NCBI RefSeq assembly: GCF_004010195.1
Contig: NC_057719.1
Coordinates: forward strand, 6,015,580 to 6,079,579
Length of the DNA: 64,000 nt
Reading direction: 5' to 3'
From: Chiloscyllium plagiosum
Taxonomy: Eukaryota
In this document: one piece after another, positions 38,536 through 50,663 of the stretch
Layout: each line of letters begins with the position of its first letter
Numbering within the stretch: the stretch's first letter is position 1
The notes under the pieces: model-generated
What the model saw: the letters and a program-made list of their open reading frames with translations, nothing else
Databases searched by the model: none
What the model was told of the DNA's origin: nothing
Position numbers and translations under genes: made by a program

Positions 38536-41500
38536 GCACAGCAAGTGCAGTTTAATTGCAGATTTTTGCATCACCTCACTTTCCAGGTACCTTCTCACAT
38601 GAAACAAAAACCTCTCTCATCAGATAGGTCGTGCTGATTGTGTGGCTGCCATGGTGTTTAGACATCATGGGACTAAATGTTCTTTGAACTGCTCCCTCCT
38701 CCTCTCCCACAACCTGCCTGGACATTGAGTTAATGAGATGGCCTATCTGTATTTGTTACTTAGTGATTGCGAGGTGATGTGAGCGAGAGGGGACAGGCGG
38801 AGGAGGTGAGCAGAGGACACCATCTGTCAATACAAAAACTGTACTGTGTCATCCTCTTCTCCCACATCCAACCCCCAACCTTCCTGACCCAATTCCCAGG
38901 TCAGGCTGAGTTCATTGGAATGTCGCTATTGTAAGAAATGCAATAACCAGTTTACTTACTGAAAGAATCAACAACTGCAATGTGCCAATGTCCAAATAAT
39001 CACTTTTAGTGTTCTTGGTTTCAGAACAATGGACAATTATTCCTGTTGCCCTTTTCGACTCACTATCTCTGCATTTCTTTAAATTAACCCCCATCATTAC
39101 TGACTTCCCAGTCAAAGAAGATGTTAAAAGATACAGCAGACAGACAGGCCACAATATCAACCAAAGTGGTTAATCAGGGGTAACATCAAATGAATAGGTT
39201 AAGCTGCTGTTAATTTTGGGAACCAGTAACATACAATTAGTAGGTTTCCTTAAGAACAAAAATGTTCTGGTATTTTATTTCCACAGACCCACCATTTTAA
39301 ATCTCCTCAGTTGCAGAATTGTCAGCAAGACTACTGAACAAGAGGAGAGGTATGCAGTTCCAGTGAATGCACAGGGATCATGACCTTAGGGTGGTTCAAG
39401 AGCTGATTCGGAGCAGCCTGACCTGGAAATGGGTGGGAGGTGGCACACATTATAGTTTTTCTATCGATTATCAGAGAGTGCTTTAAAAAAAATCCCTCTA
39501 CTTCCCCCATCCCCACTAAACTCCCCACCTTGGACTTTTTTATCTTCAGATGTTACCTGACTTACTCACTATTTGCAGTATGTTTTTATTTTGGAACAAT
39601 GTGTGTTGACTGTTTCATTGGTCATACCATGGAGAGACTACAGAGCAGAGTGTGACTTGGGGTACGGAACTTCCATTATCTGGAGAGACTAGAAAGAATT
39701 GTTTGATTTAGTGCAGTAATGTAGAAAGGGAAATTTAATAGAGCTATTGAAAATCTTGAATGAGTTTGTATGACTAGATAAGGAGAAGCTGTTTGCACTG
39801 ACACGAGAATCAGTAACCAGAGGACACAGATTTAAGCTAATTGTCAAAAGAACAAGTGGAGAGATGAGAATTATTTTTAACTCAGTGGAGTGATAATCTA
39901 GAACGCATTGCCTGAAACGGCAGCAGAAGCAGATTCAATAATTTCAAAATGGAATTGAATCTTTACTTAAAAAGGAAATCATCCGCAGGAGAGTGAAACT
40001 AATTAGGTAGCTCCTTCAATAAACTAGCACAGATACGAGGGTGGAAAGACCACATTCTGTGGTGGGTAAGTCTATAAACATCACTATCTAGGTGTTTTTT
40101 TTAAAATAGAGTTAGAGGAGAGGGAACGCTTTTCAATAAGTGCTGCATATAATTCTCCCCTATTTTAGTCTGTAGGAATGTAGAGGGTTTCACTGGTGGT
40201 TACCAACCCGTTAGTGTCACCCTGGAATATCCAAGAACGAAAGGCTGAATCTTTGGAACGCTGAGTGAGCCACCCAGGAGAAAATTGATATGGGAATAGA
40301 AAAATGTTTTTTTTCTCGTTTTCTTTAAATGCTTCTGTTCATCCGTGATTAAATTTTGAAGATAAGAGGTAATCCTGTTGGGTTGAGTATCTGCTCAGCC
40401 AGTGAAGAATCAGTTTGCTCTCAGATTGATCCACCGAAGGTGGGACATGGTCAGGCTAGCATTTCAAACTGGCAGAGTCAGGAGCAAGGGTGGCTGGAGG
40501 CTAGAATCTCTTGCGATGTAGCCCTCCGTAATGTATTCAACATGAGTTGGCTTCAGCAAATAGTGTCAGTTTCCTGACATCCCTCAAATTGCTGATTTTA
40601 AACACCTAGATGGCAGTCATATCCACAGGAATGTATTTTCAGACATGATCATATTGAATGGTGGAGTAGCCTGGAAGGTCCGAATGGCCTACTTCTGCTC
40701 CCATTTTCTATTCTTCAATATTTCAGGCACTAGCAAATCTGACTAACTGAAATCTGGTTCTCTTCCCCCTCCCCCCAAAAAAAAACCACAGCTCTGATAA
40801 TCGCCCTCCTACTTTTGGAGATAGTGAGGACTGCAAATGCTGCAGAGTTGAGTGGGTAAAGCTTGGAACTGGCCACTCTGACCCTCCCACTGGCCACATG
40901 CCTGAGCTTTTTCCTGTTTTTCCTGAAGACACCCCATCACACATGGAACCGCCCTTTAAACTGCTGCAACCGAATGGTGATTTTAACAATTGGATGGTGA
41001 TTTAAGCTATTGCTATGCAACGGATTGCATCCTAGCAACACGACTGCAGATCTCTCTGCAATGGTTTAGGGAGCGGTGTTTATTTGGCGTGGGTGGGTTA
41101 TAAAAGATCCTGGCTTGGCAACTCTCTCACATAACTCTTTGTGTGCACTCTATCAGTTAGGATGAAATGAGGAGCATGTGCAAGGTGGAATTGTAAATAA
41201 AATGTTTACCTTGAGATAGGGAGATAAAATAAAATATGCTGCACTACCAATATACAATGAACACCAAGCATTATAGTTTGTGTATCTGTAGTATTGCCTA
41301 AATTGTTGTGGGTGATATTTCTTTGGTTAATTAAACTATTATCTACAGCTTTAAATGTAATTTTCTTCAAATGTTGAATATTTTGGATATTTTCATTTTT
41401 GGCCCCTCAACATTTTGAATTTTAAATTCTCATCTTCACCTTTTAAGTCACTTCATGACCTTAGCTCCTGCTTATGTCTGAACTCCTGGCCTCTTCTCAC

Positions 41501-42474
41501 TCCAATTTTCTTGACCATTCTCATTCCTTGGTACCATTGACTACATCTTCTCCCAAAAAGGCCCCACTATCCACCTTTCTTCTCCCTCTACCTGACTCCT
41601 CTTAAAACTCTCCTCTTGATCCAAGTTTTCAGTCAAGTTTCTCCTCCATGCTCTCAAAGATACAGCTTTGTCTATTTGTCTGTTTGTCTCACACTGGAAT
41701 GAAGCACCTTAGAACAGTCTCTTTCCATTAAAGACACTATGTAAATGGAAGTTACTGCTATTTTGAGTTTTGTATCCAGTGGGTATCCAACCTTCTCCCT
41801 GTTGACCACCTTGATTCAGGTTGGACTGATGGTTCCAAACACATAATGTGGGGCTTTGCCCCCTCAGTACAATTTGCAAGTAGCCATTTTTGACTTTGAA
41901 AAACAAAATGAAGCATCTTAACTTACTATTTGACCACGAGAAGCAATATTCCTAGCATTACTGCTGTTTCCCTACCTGAAAATCAGCAGTGATAAAATTT
42001 ACTTCAGCGCTGAGAGTGGGAATTTCTGACCTTGAATTTGTATTGCTGACAGCAACAACAGGATTCCATGTCCCAGAGTAGATGTAGTTGTCTGGGAGGT
42101 GGCCACGTGAATTGGAGAGGCAAAATGAGAGAGGATACAGCAGCAGATGTTTAGAATGGTGATTATGCAAGGGGGCTGAGAAGAGGATGACAGTGGCAGA
42201 GTGGAAGGAAGTGGCGGTGTTGGTATTAAATGGGATAGAGGTTTACCAAAATGACTCTGCCTTCTCTCTACAGATACTGCCAGGACTCCTGAGTTTCTCC
42301 AGCTATTTCTGATTTGGCCAGAATTATTTGAGATGCAAGGAAGAGCAATGCACCATGTGTAATGGGATGTGAGATTGAACCTACGTATCATTGTTAATGC
42401 AATTTCTATGGTGACACAATCAAGTGTAGTAATGCACTGGATTTTATTCTCAAAAAGAGAAGCTATGGGGGATC

Positions 42475-42486
42475 CAAGATGGCGGC
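42475..42486 (+). promoter_or_regulatory. YY1 consensus site at the L1 5' end
   Basis: CAAGATGGCGGC 8 nt after the element start, the same position as the YY1 site of mammalian L1 internal promoters. Confidence 0.7.
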
Positions 42487-42649
42487 AACCTAGAAAGATC
42501 GCGTTGCAGAGCTCCGCACTGCTTCGCATGCGGGACCAAGTCCTAGCCTGCCTGACCCGGACCATCACAATATCCTGGGACTCTGGAAAGGTCGTGGAGT
42601 CCCAGGAAACTGTCAGAGAGCAACTTACCTCAGTTTTTGCCATCCAGGG

Positions 42650-43585
42650 ATGTTGAAGAAGGGCAGAGGTATGTCTGAGGCCGGGCCCGCTGCCTAGCCT
42701 GCAGGATCCTCGGACTCGATTTCCTACCAGGCCCTGGTGAAGGAGCTTGTGAAATCTCACAAGATGTTGGGTAAGCAGATAGAAGAGAAGCTAGCCCCAA
42801 TCTCTATCATGCTGCAGAAGCACAAACAGCAGCTGGGAGATCTCAAGAAAAGGATGGATGAGGTAGAACACAGAGTCACAGTGGTGGAAGCTGATATCGA
42901 TTCCTCCAAGGATTGGATCCAGGCCCTGGCGACACAGGTCCATAATTTGCTTGACCAGGTTGATGACCTTGAGAACAGGGACAGGAGAAAAAATATTCGG
43001 ATCGATGGTCTGCCAGAGGGTAAGGAAGGTGAGCGGCTGGTGGAACTTATTGCGGACTGGTTGCCGAAATTCCTTAACTTGGAGACTGGAATGAGGAGCT
43101 TGAAGATTGAGCGGGCTCACCGGGTCACTGCACAGAAGTCAGGTCTGGACCAGTGTCCTCGTCCTGTCTTGGAGCAGTTTCATATAGAGATAAGGAGAGG
43201 ATTGTGGAACCTTCCAGAATCCAGAGGAAGGATTTGAAGGCCCTAGTTTGCAAGGGCTCTAAGATCATGTTCTTCTAAGACTTTTTGGTGAGTTTTGAGA
43301 AGATTTGTAGCTCAGGTTGAGGTTCTGGATGTACGCTTACTCGCTGAGCTGGAAGGTTCATTTCCAGACGTTTCGTCACCATACTAGGTAACATCTTCAG
43401 TGGGCCTCCGGGCTGCGGTGATCCGGAAAAGAAAATCCTATGATGGCATCAAGAAAAGATTGAAGAACTTCAGGATCCAGTACTGTCTGAGGTATCCAGC
43501 AATGCTGCGGATCACCTTAGATGGATCTGTACATCTCTTTTACACGTTGGAAAAGGCAAGAGACTTTGTGGGCAAATTAACTTAA
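42650..43585 (+). pseudogene. L1 ORF1p (coiled coil-RRM-CTD), frameshifted and interrupted
   Basis: DDLENRDRRKNIRIDGLPEG...IERAHRV and CTD AAVIRKRKSYD...LRYPAMLRIT. Confidence 0.9.
43288..43411 (-). mobile_element. PLE family B-like terminal fragment inside L1 ORF1, with hammerhead at 43364-43403
   Basis: Splits ORF1 DFL|AAVIRKRK. The minus strand reads cca-CTGAAGA-T-GTTACC-tagtat-GGTGAC-GAAA-CGTC-tgg. Confidence 0.85.
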
Positions 43586-46500
43586 TCTGAACAATTTAGT
43601 ATGTACAAATAATGTTGTTTGGGTTTTTTTATTTTTAAAAAAGACAAGTCCGGTCGGAGTTCTCTTTTCCTATTTTGTATTGGTAGTAATCTGGTCTAAA
43701 TTATGCTCGGGGCTGTTGAGATGTATGCTTTCATTTCTAAAAAGTTATACCAAAGGTACTTACCTTTTTTTTTCAAAATTTCTTTGTTCACATTGTTGTT
43801 CCATGGTATATTTTCTTTCTTTGCTGCTTGTGCTTGTGGTGCGGCTCTAGCTAGGAGGAGTGAAAATGGTTGGGATGGCGAGGTGCCAACTTATGGGCAG
43901 TTTATGCTCAATTCAGGTATTTAAATGCCCTAGCTGCAGTATTGGCAGCGGGATGGGAAGTTAGGTTTTGGGATGTGTAGATGACCTCTTTGGGCAGGGG
44001 CTGAGTTCCCCTATTCAGTGCCATTGACGCGTTATATGTTGGTTTGTTTGGTTGGTTTTTGTTGTATATAATCTTTGATAGCTTTGTAGGTTTGTTAACT
44101 GTAGTGGTTTTAGTTTATGTAGTTTTTATGGTCATTGGATCTTGCAACACTAAGGCTTGGCAATTTGTAATTCGAGTTCCTCCTCTCTGGACTCTAAATG
44201 TTACTGCAGAAGGCTATGGCTAATGACTTGATTAAATGGTGTACCCGGAACATCAAGGGAAGGCACTCACCAATTAAGAGATAAAAGGTACTCTTGAGCC
44301 TTAGAATGGAAAAGCTCCATATTGCTTAATTACACTTGAATGATAGGGAGCATTTGAAACTACAGCAGAATGACTTTGAATGGATTTACTTTTCATCTTT
44401 TAATACCAGAAGTAGGAGAGTGGCTATATTGGTCAAGAACAATCTCCCATTTGAGTTACTAGAGTGTATTAAAGACACACACGGGAGGTGTGTAATTCTC
44501 AAAGCCCTGATAAATGGGGGAGAATATGGTGTCTTAAATGTTTACTGTCCTCCGGCCCATTCCCTCAAATTTCTGGTAGATACCTTCTTTAAATTGATTA
44601 ATCTTGAGTCCTGGCATATCATTTTGGCGGAGATTTTAATTGTCTTGTGGATCCCATAGTAGACAGTTGCCCAAAGACCCACATACTCTCTCCCCCTATC
44701 CTCACCTCCCCACCCCCCCCCCCCAAACCCCAGTACCCTCTGTGCAAACTGAACAATTAATGGATCTGTGTGGAGTTAGGGTTAGTTGATGTCTGGAGGT
44801 ATCTCCCCCCTACAGGCAGGGATTTTACAATTTTTTCCAATCCACACAGATGTCACACCAGGATTGATTTTTTTCTGACCCCACCATGGCAACCCTGGAC
44901 TTGGTAGCATCTTGTACGGGCGTCATCTCCGATCACACTCCAATGTACCTGTTGGTTAAGATTAAGGGGCTAGAGTGGGCCCGAGGCACTGGCAAATGGA
45001 TCCCTTTATCCTTAAGGATAATACATTTATGGAATATTTCTCTAAGGAACTTAGGGCATCCCTAGACATTAATTCAGGCTCGGTTAGTAGCCTGTCCGTC
45101 CTTTGGTAAACTGCCAGAGCCTACGCCAGAGGTTAGTTATCTCCTACTCTGCCAGTAGGAACCGGCAGAAGGGCAAACAGCAACGTCTCCTTGAAGCACG
45201 GTTGAAGGCAGCCGAGAAGACTTACTTTGAGTGGCCCTCGTTGGCCAAGCTGAAGAGGATTACAGCGCTGTGGTCTGCATAGAATTCCATGCTCACGCAG
45301 ACAGCAAAGAAGGAGCTTACTTTCTCAGAACAAAGGTTATATGAGCATGGTGACAAACTGGGTAAGTACCTAGCATATCTCACCAGGAAAAGGAGTGCAC
45401 CTCAAGCCATCATGTCAATTAGGGAAGGGTCTGGGAACCTAACATGTGATTCCAAAAAGATTAATGCGGCATACCAGAGATTTTACTCTGAATTATACCA
45501 GTCTGAAGGTTATGAGGAGGGGTGGGCCAAGATGGAGTCCTTTTTCGAGGATCTGGAGCTCCCGGGTGTGACCCCCAAACAAGAGTCTTTTCTCAATGCC
45601 CCCTTATCAGAACAAGAGGTGGAGGAGGCTGTGAAGCAGCTTCAGAGTGGAAAAGGGCTCAGTCCTAATGGACTTCCCAGAGAATTCTGTAAGGAATTTA
45701 TGAGCATATTGTCAGGCCCAATGCTCAACATGTTCAATGACTCATACAGCCTTGATCATCTCCCGCCATCTCTAGGAGAGGCCAATATTTTGCTTATTCT
45801 TAAAAATAGGAAGGTCCCGGGGGAGGGGGGGGGGGGGGGCGCTGGGCTCTACAGATCCATTTCACACTTAAATGTTGATTTTAAAATCCTCTCTAAGACT
45901 CTTGCATTAAGGCTGGAAACTGTGTTATCTTCTGTTGTTAAAGAGGACCAGATGGGCTTCATAAAGAGCCGCAGATCCTCCAATAATGTTAGGAGACAGC
46001 TTAATGTAATTCAAGCTTGTCAACAACAGTCAGTACAGGGATTGATGATTTCTGTAGGTGCAGAGAAGGTATTTGACCGAATTGAGTGGCAGCACCATTT
46101 TTATATTCTAGAGTGGTTTGGCTTGGGCAAAGGCTTTATAAGATGGGTAAAGGTTCTCTACAGTGACCCTGTCACTGCGGTCATCACCAATGGGGTACGA
46201 TCGAGCAATTTTAACATTTCTCGGGGCAGCTGACAGGGCTGTCCCCTTTCGCCTTTGTTTTTTACATTGGGATTGAACCGTTGGTGGAGGCCATTCGTTG
46301 GGATCCCGGTTTATCGGCTCCAGAAGTGGGGTCAAATTTACATAAGATTTCGTTGTCTGCAGACAATGTCCTCATTTTTTTGTCAAACCCAGCGGTTTCG
46401 GTGCCTTGCCTGATACAATGCATCAGCGCGTTTGGCACCTTTTCAGGGTATAGGATGAGTTTTGCAAAATCAGAGGCTATCCCTATGGGTGGTCTTACGA

Positions 46501-46706
46501 AGGTGCTAGGTCTTGAGAGCGAATCTCGATTCCCATTTAAGTGGTCCCGGTGGGGTTTTATGTGTTTGGGCATATTTATCACTCCAGTTCTTGATCGGTT
46601 GTTCATGTCAAATAATTGAACAAAATTAGCTAAAATCAAACAAGACCTTCAAAGATGGGAGGCATTTCTGATCTCATGGTTAGGTCGGACAGCTCTTATT
46701 ATTATG

Positions 46707-46902
46707 TTAAAAATCACACAACACCATGTTATAGTCCAACAGGTTTAATTGGAAGCACTAGCTTTCGGAGCGCTGCTCCTTCATCAGGTGATCCGCTCCG
46801 AAAGCTAGTGTGCTTCCAGATAAACCTGTTGGACTATAACCTGGTGTTGTGTGATTTTTAACTTTGTCCACCCCAGTCCAACACCGGCATCTCCGAATCA
46901 TG
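46707..46902. mobile_element. PLE-derived fold-back miniature element (family C) inside L1 ORF2
   Basis: Perfect 12-bp TSD cttattattatg at 46695-46706 and 46903-46914. Inverted arms at 46706-46772 and 46794-46862. Removing it restores L1 GRTALIIMNILP. Confidence 0.9.
46756..46790 (-). ncRNA. Intact minimal hammerhead ribozyme (family C)
   Basis: CAC-CTGATGA-A-GGAGC-agc-GCTCC-GAAA-GCTA-GTG: perfect stems I and II, palindromic AGCT stem III, CUA triplet. Confidence 0.7.
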
Positions 46903-47086
46903 CTTATTATTATGAATATTCTCCCCCATTTTGTTCTACCCTTTACAGTAGCTCCCCCAATGTTTGATAGGCAAACATCAGGAAACTGAACGGCTGGTTC
47001 AGCTCTTCTATTTGTTCTTTGTAAGCGACCCCTTATTAAATTAGCTAAACTGCAATTGCCTCACAGACTGGGGGAGTGGAGTGGGG

Positions 47087-47548
47087 GGAGAGTGCAGAGG
47101 AGATTTACTAGGGTGTTGCCTGGTATGGAGGGGACGTCTTACGAGGAAAGGCTGAGGGACTTGAGGCTGTTTTCGTTGGAGAGAAGATGGTTGAGAGGTG
47201 ACTTAATAGAGACATATAAGATAATCAGAGGGTTAGATAGAGTGGACAGGGAGAGTCTTTTCCCAAGTATGGTGACGGCGAGTACAAGGGGGCATAGCTT
47301 TAAATTGAGGGGTGATAGATATAGGACAGATGTCAGAGGTAGTTTCTTTACTCAGAGAGTAGTAAGGGTATGGAATGCTTTGCCTGCAATGGTAGTAGAT
47401 TCGCCAAATTTAAGTGCAATTAAGTCGTCATTGGACAAACATATGGACGTACATGGAATAGTGTAGGTTAGATGGGCTTCAGATTAGTATGACAGGTCGG
47501 CACAACATCGAGGGCCAAAGAGCCTGTACTGCGCTGTTATGTTCTATG
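47087..47548 (+). mobile_element. CR1 3' end (inverted relative to its 5' half)
   Basis: RVQRRFTRVLPGM...RGHSFKL...FFTQRVVRVWNALP, then 3'UTR and gttatgttctatg tail. Confidence 0.92.
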
Positions 47549-47758
47549 CCTTCCCTCTGCCGAACAGCCCTCCATGTGTTAACTGTATTGATAACTATTG
47601 GGTTATGACAATATTCCTTAACTGTCCTCACTTTGTCCAAAAACAGCAAGCGAGTAAGGGGCATCCTGCCTGAGAGGCTTTGATATCCAACCATGATGAA
47701 AGAGGGTCCCCACAAACCTGATCACTCACGCAAGATAAAAGCAAGCTTAGTTGACAGT
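47549..47758 (-). mobile_element. Inverted internal piece of the L1 ORF2
   Basis: The minus strand reads CQLSLLLSCVSDQVCGDPLSSWLDI...NPIVINTVNTWRAVRQREG. This fills the hole between LQLPHRLG (before 47087) and NIGKTSFLTPIVG (after 49756). Confidence 0.8.
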
Positions 47759-49755
47759 AGAGATTCCACTTCCTTCGTAAACCACGGCTCCGGTGCTCAA
47801 CAGCTTCCTCCCTGCCTGACAGGTACATACTTATCTAGGACACTCAGGAGCTTTTCCTTGAATAAGCTCCACATTTCTGATGTGCCCATCCCCTGCAGTT
47901 TCCTTCCCCATCCTATGCTTCCTAAATCTTGCCTAATCGCATCGTAATTGCCTTTCCCCCAGCTGTAAGTCTTGCCCGGTGGTATACACCTATCCCTTTC
48001 TATCACTAAAGTAAACATAACAGAATTGTGATCGCTATCACCAAAGTGCTCACCTACTTCCAAGTCTAACACCTGGCTGGGCTTGTTACCCAGTACCAAA
48101 TCTAATGTGGCTTTGTCCCTTGATGGCCTGTCTACATACTGTGTCAGGAAGCCCTCCTGTACACACTGGATAAAAACTGACCCATCTATAGTACTTGTAC
48201 TATAGTGTTCCCAGTCAATATTTGGAAAGTTGAAGTCCCCCATGACAACTACCCTGTTTCTCTCACTCCTATCGAGAATCATCTTTGCTATCCTTTCCTC
48301 TACATCTCTGGAACTATTCGGAGGCCTATAGAAAACTACAAACAGGGTGACGTCTCCTTTCCTGTTTCTACCTCAGTTGATGAGTCCCCTAACATCCTTT
48401 CTGTAACTGTAATACTGTCATTGACTTTAATGCCACACATCCCCCTCTTTTACTATCTTCTCTGTTCTTACTGAAACATCTAAATCCTGGAACCTGCAAC
48501 AACCATTCCTGTCCCTGCTCTATCCATGTCTCCGAAATGGCCACAACATCGAAGTCCCAGGTACCAACCCATGCTGCAAGTTTATCCATCTTATTCCGGA
48601 TGCTCCTGGCATTGAAGTGGACACACTTCAAACCAACTTCTTGCTTGCAGGTGCCATCTTGTGTCCCTGAAACTTGATTTCTCTCCCTACTCTCAACTTT
48701 TTCTATACTTTAACTACAATTTTGGTTCCCATCCCCCTACTGGATTAGTTTAAACCCACCGCAATAGCCTTAGCGAATTTCACCCCCAGGATATTGGTAC
48801 AGCTCTGGTTCAGATGAAGACCATCCTGCTTGTAGAGGTCCCACCTACCCCAGAAAGAGCCCCAATTATCCAAGAATCCAAAACCCTCCCTCCTGCACCA
48901 TCCCTGTAGCCACGTGTNNNNNNNNNNNNNNNNNNNNNNNNNNNNNNNNNNCCACAGAACCTCCTATCTGTCCCCCTAACTATGGAGTCCCCAATGACTA
49001 CTGCACTGCTCCTCTTCCCCCTTCCCTTCTGAACAACAGGAACAGACTCTGTGCCAGAGCCCTGTGCCCCACTACTATCCCCTGGTAAGTCATCCCTCGC
49101 AACAGTATCCAAAACGGTATGCTTATTGTTGAGGGGAATGGCCACAGGGGATCCCTGCACTGCCTGCTGGTTCCCTTTCCATCCCCTAACTGTAACCCGT
49201 CTGCCTTTTTCTTGTACCTGAGGAGTGACTACCTCCCTGTAACTCCTCTCAATAACCCCCTCTGCCTCCCGAATGATCCGAAGTTCATCCAGCTCTAGCT
49301 CCAGTTCCCGATCGCGGTTTTCGAGGAGCTGGAGTTGAGTGCACTTCCTGCAGATGTAGTCAGCAGGGACCCTAGTGGTGAACCTTACCTCCCACGTTCT
49401 GCAGGAGGAACATTCAACTGCCCTAACCTCCAATCCCATGATTCAACTGCCCCCAAAGAGACTTGAAAAAATAAGGAATGAAAAATAAACTCGTTACCAT
49501 ACCAATCTGGCGCACTGAACTTTTTTTTTGGTTAGAGGAGGAGGATGGGTGGGAGACACTACCCGAGTAGTGTTTCGGGTAATGCAACCACACAAACATA
49601 TGACTTCCCAGAAGTCCTTCGCTTCTCCCTCGCACCTCTCGACAAATGGAGGCCCGACTCTCAAGGTAAGTCCCTTTCAATGCGGGAAAACGCAACCTTT
49701 CCGGCATCCCTCATTTCACCTCTCCTCCTCTCCTCGCCACTCTGGCAAAATGGAG
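47759..49755 (-). mobile_element. CR1 5' half: 5'UTR, ORF1 (zinc finger + SGNH esterase) and ORF2 endonuclease
   Basis: ECSSCRTW...CRKC, VIGDSIVRG, KCVHFNARSIRNK...AISETW, MGDFNFPNIDW, GDSDHNSV. Confidence 0.93.
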
Positions 49756-50554
49756 CAATATTGGCAAAACATCTTTTCTTACACCTATAGTGGGTATGCT
49801 GGGTTTTCAAATGGGGATGATGGATTCAGGATTCAAACATTGGGCAGCTAGGGGTGTGTCTTGCATGGGTGATTTATTTGGAAGGGACACAATGATGTCT
49901 TTTGATCAGTTAGTAAGGAAATGTGAACTATCTAGCAGGGACCTCTTTCGTTTTTTTTCCAAGTTAGGAATTTTATTCAAAAAAAGACTACACTTTTGAC
50001 TGATCCCTACAATTCCAACGAAGAGAGGAGGGTGCTCAGTGCTAAGAGTACACTTTCTGTTCGCACTTTAGATCATCAACTGGGGGGTAGCTCCTCAGAT
50101 GACTTTGATCGGCTTTGCAGGGTATGGGAGAGAGAGCTAGGTGTTGAAGTCACCTCAGAGGCATGGGAAGATATTTGGGAAAATGCAAGAAAGATATCAA
50201 TTTGCAATAGGACCCATGTTTGACAGTTGAAGATTATCCACAGGGTCCACTTGGCTCCGGATTGTTTGTCAAAATTTAAACCAGGGATATCTTCAACATG
50301 CCCCAAGTGAAGAGTTAGTATGAGTGAAGAGTTACCCATTGTCTCTGGTCCTGTGGTAAGCTTCAAACATACTGGAGCACTGTGGTGGGTGCAATGGAGG
50401 GGATTTTGGGTGTAAGGGTGAAGGACCCGATTTCTCCTCCTCTTGGCCTGCACAGTGTATTTCATGTAGATGCACATAAAAACTTTTCAGCATCCTCACT
50501 TTCTGCGCAAGAAAGCATCTCTTGTTTGGGTGTCCTGTCGGTTTGACGTAAGAT

Positions 50555-50663
50555 CACCACCGATTTTCCTGCTCCTCGGATGCTGCTTGACCTGCTGTGC
50601 TTTTCCAGCACAACTCTGATTTAAACTCTGGTTTCCAGCATCTGCAGTTCTCACTTTTGCCCT
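50555..50663 (+). mobile_element. PLE family A tail fragment inside L1
   Basis: TSD gtaagat at 50548-50554 and 50664-50670, with the family tail ctggtttccagcatctgcag. Confidence 0.75.

Noticed and set aside
41999..42760. 253-aa minus-strand ORF
   Set aside because: It runs antisense across the L1 5'UTR, a PLE remnant and flanking DNA, with no recognisable domain.
45289..46233. 314-aa RT ORF as an active gene
   Set aside because: It is a fragment of L1 ORF2 bounded by stops and frameshifts, with a degraded catalytic motif (SADN) and a poly-G insertion.
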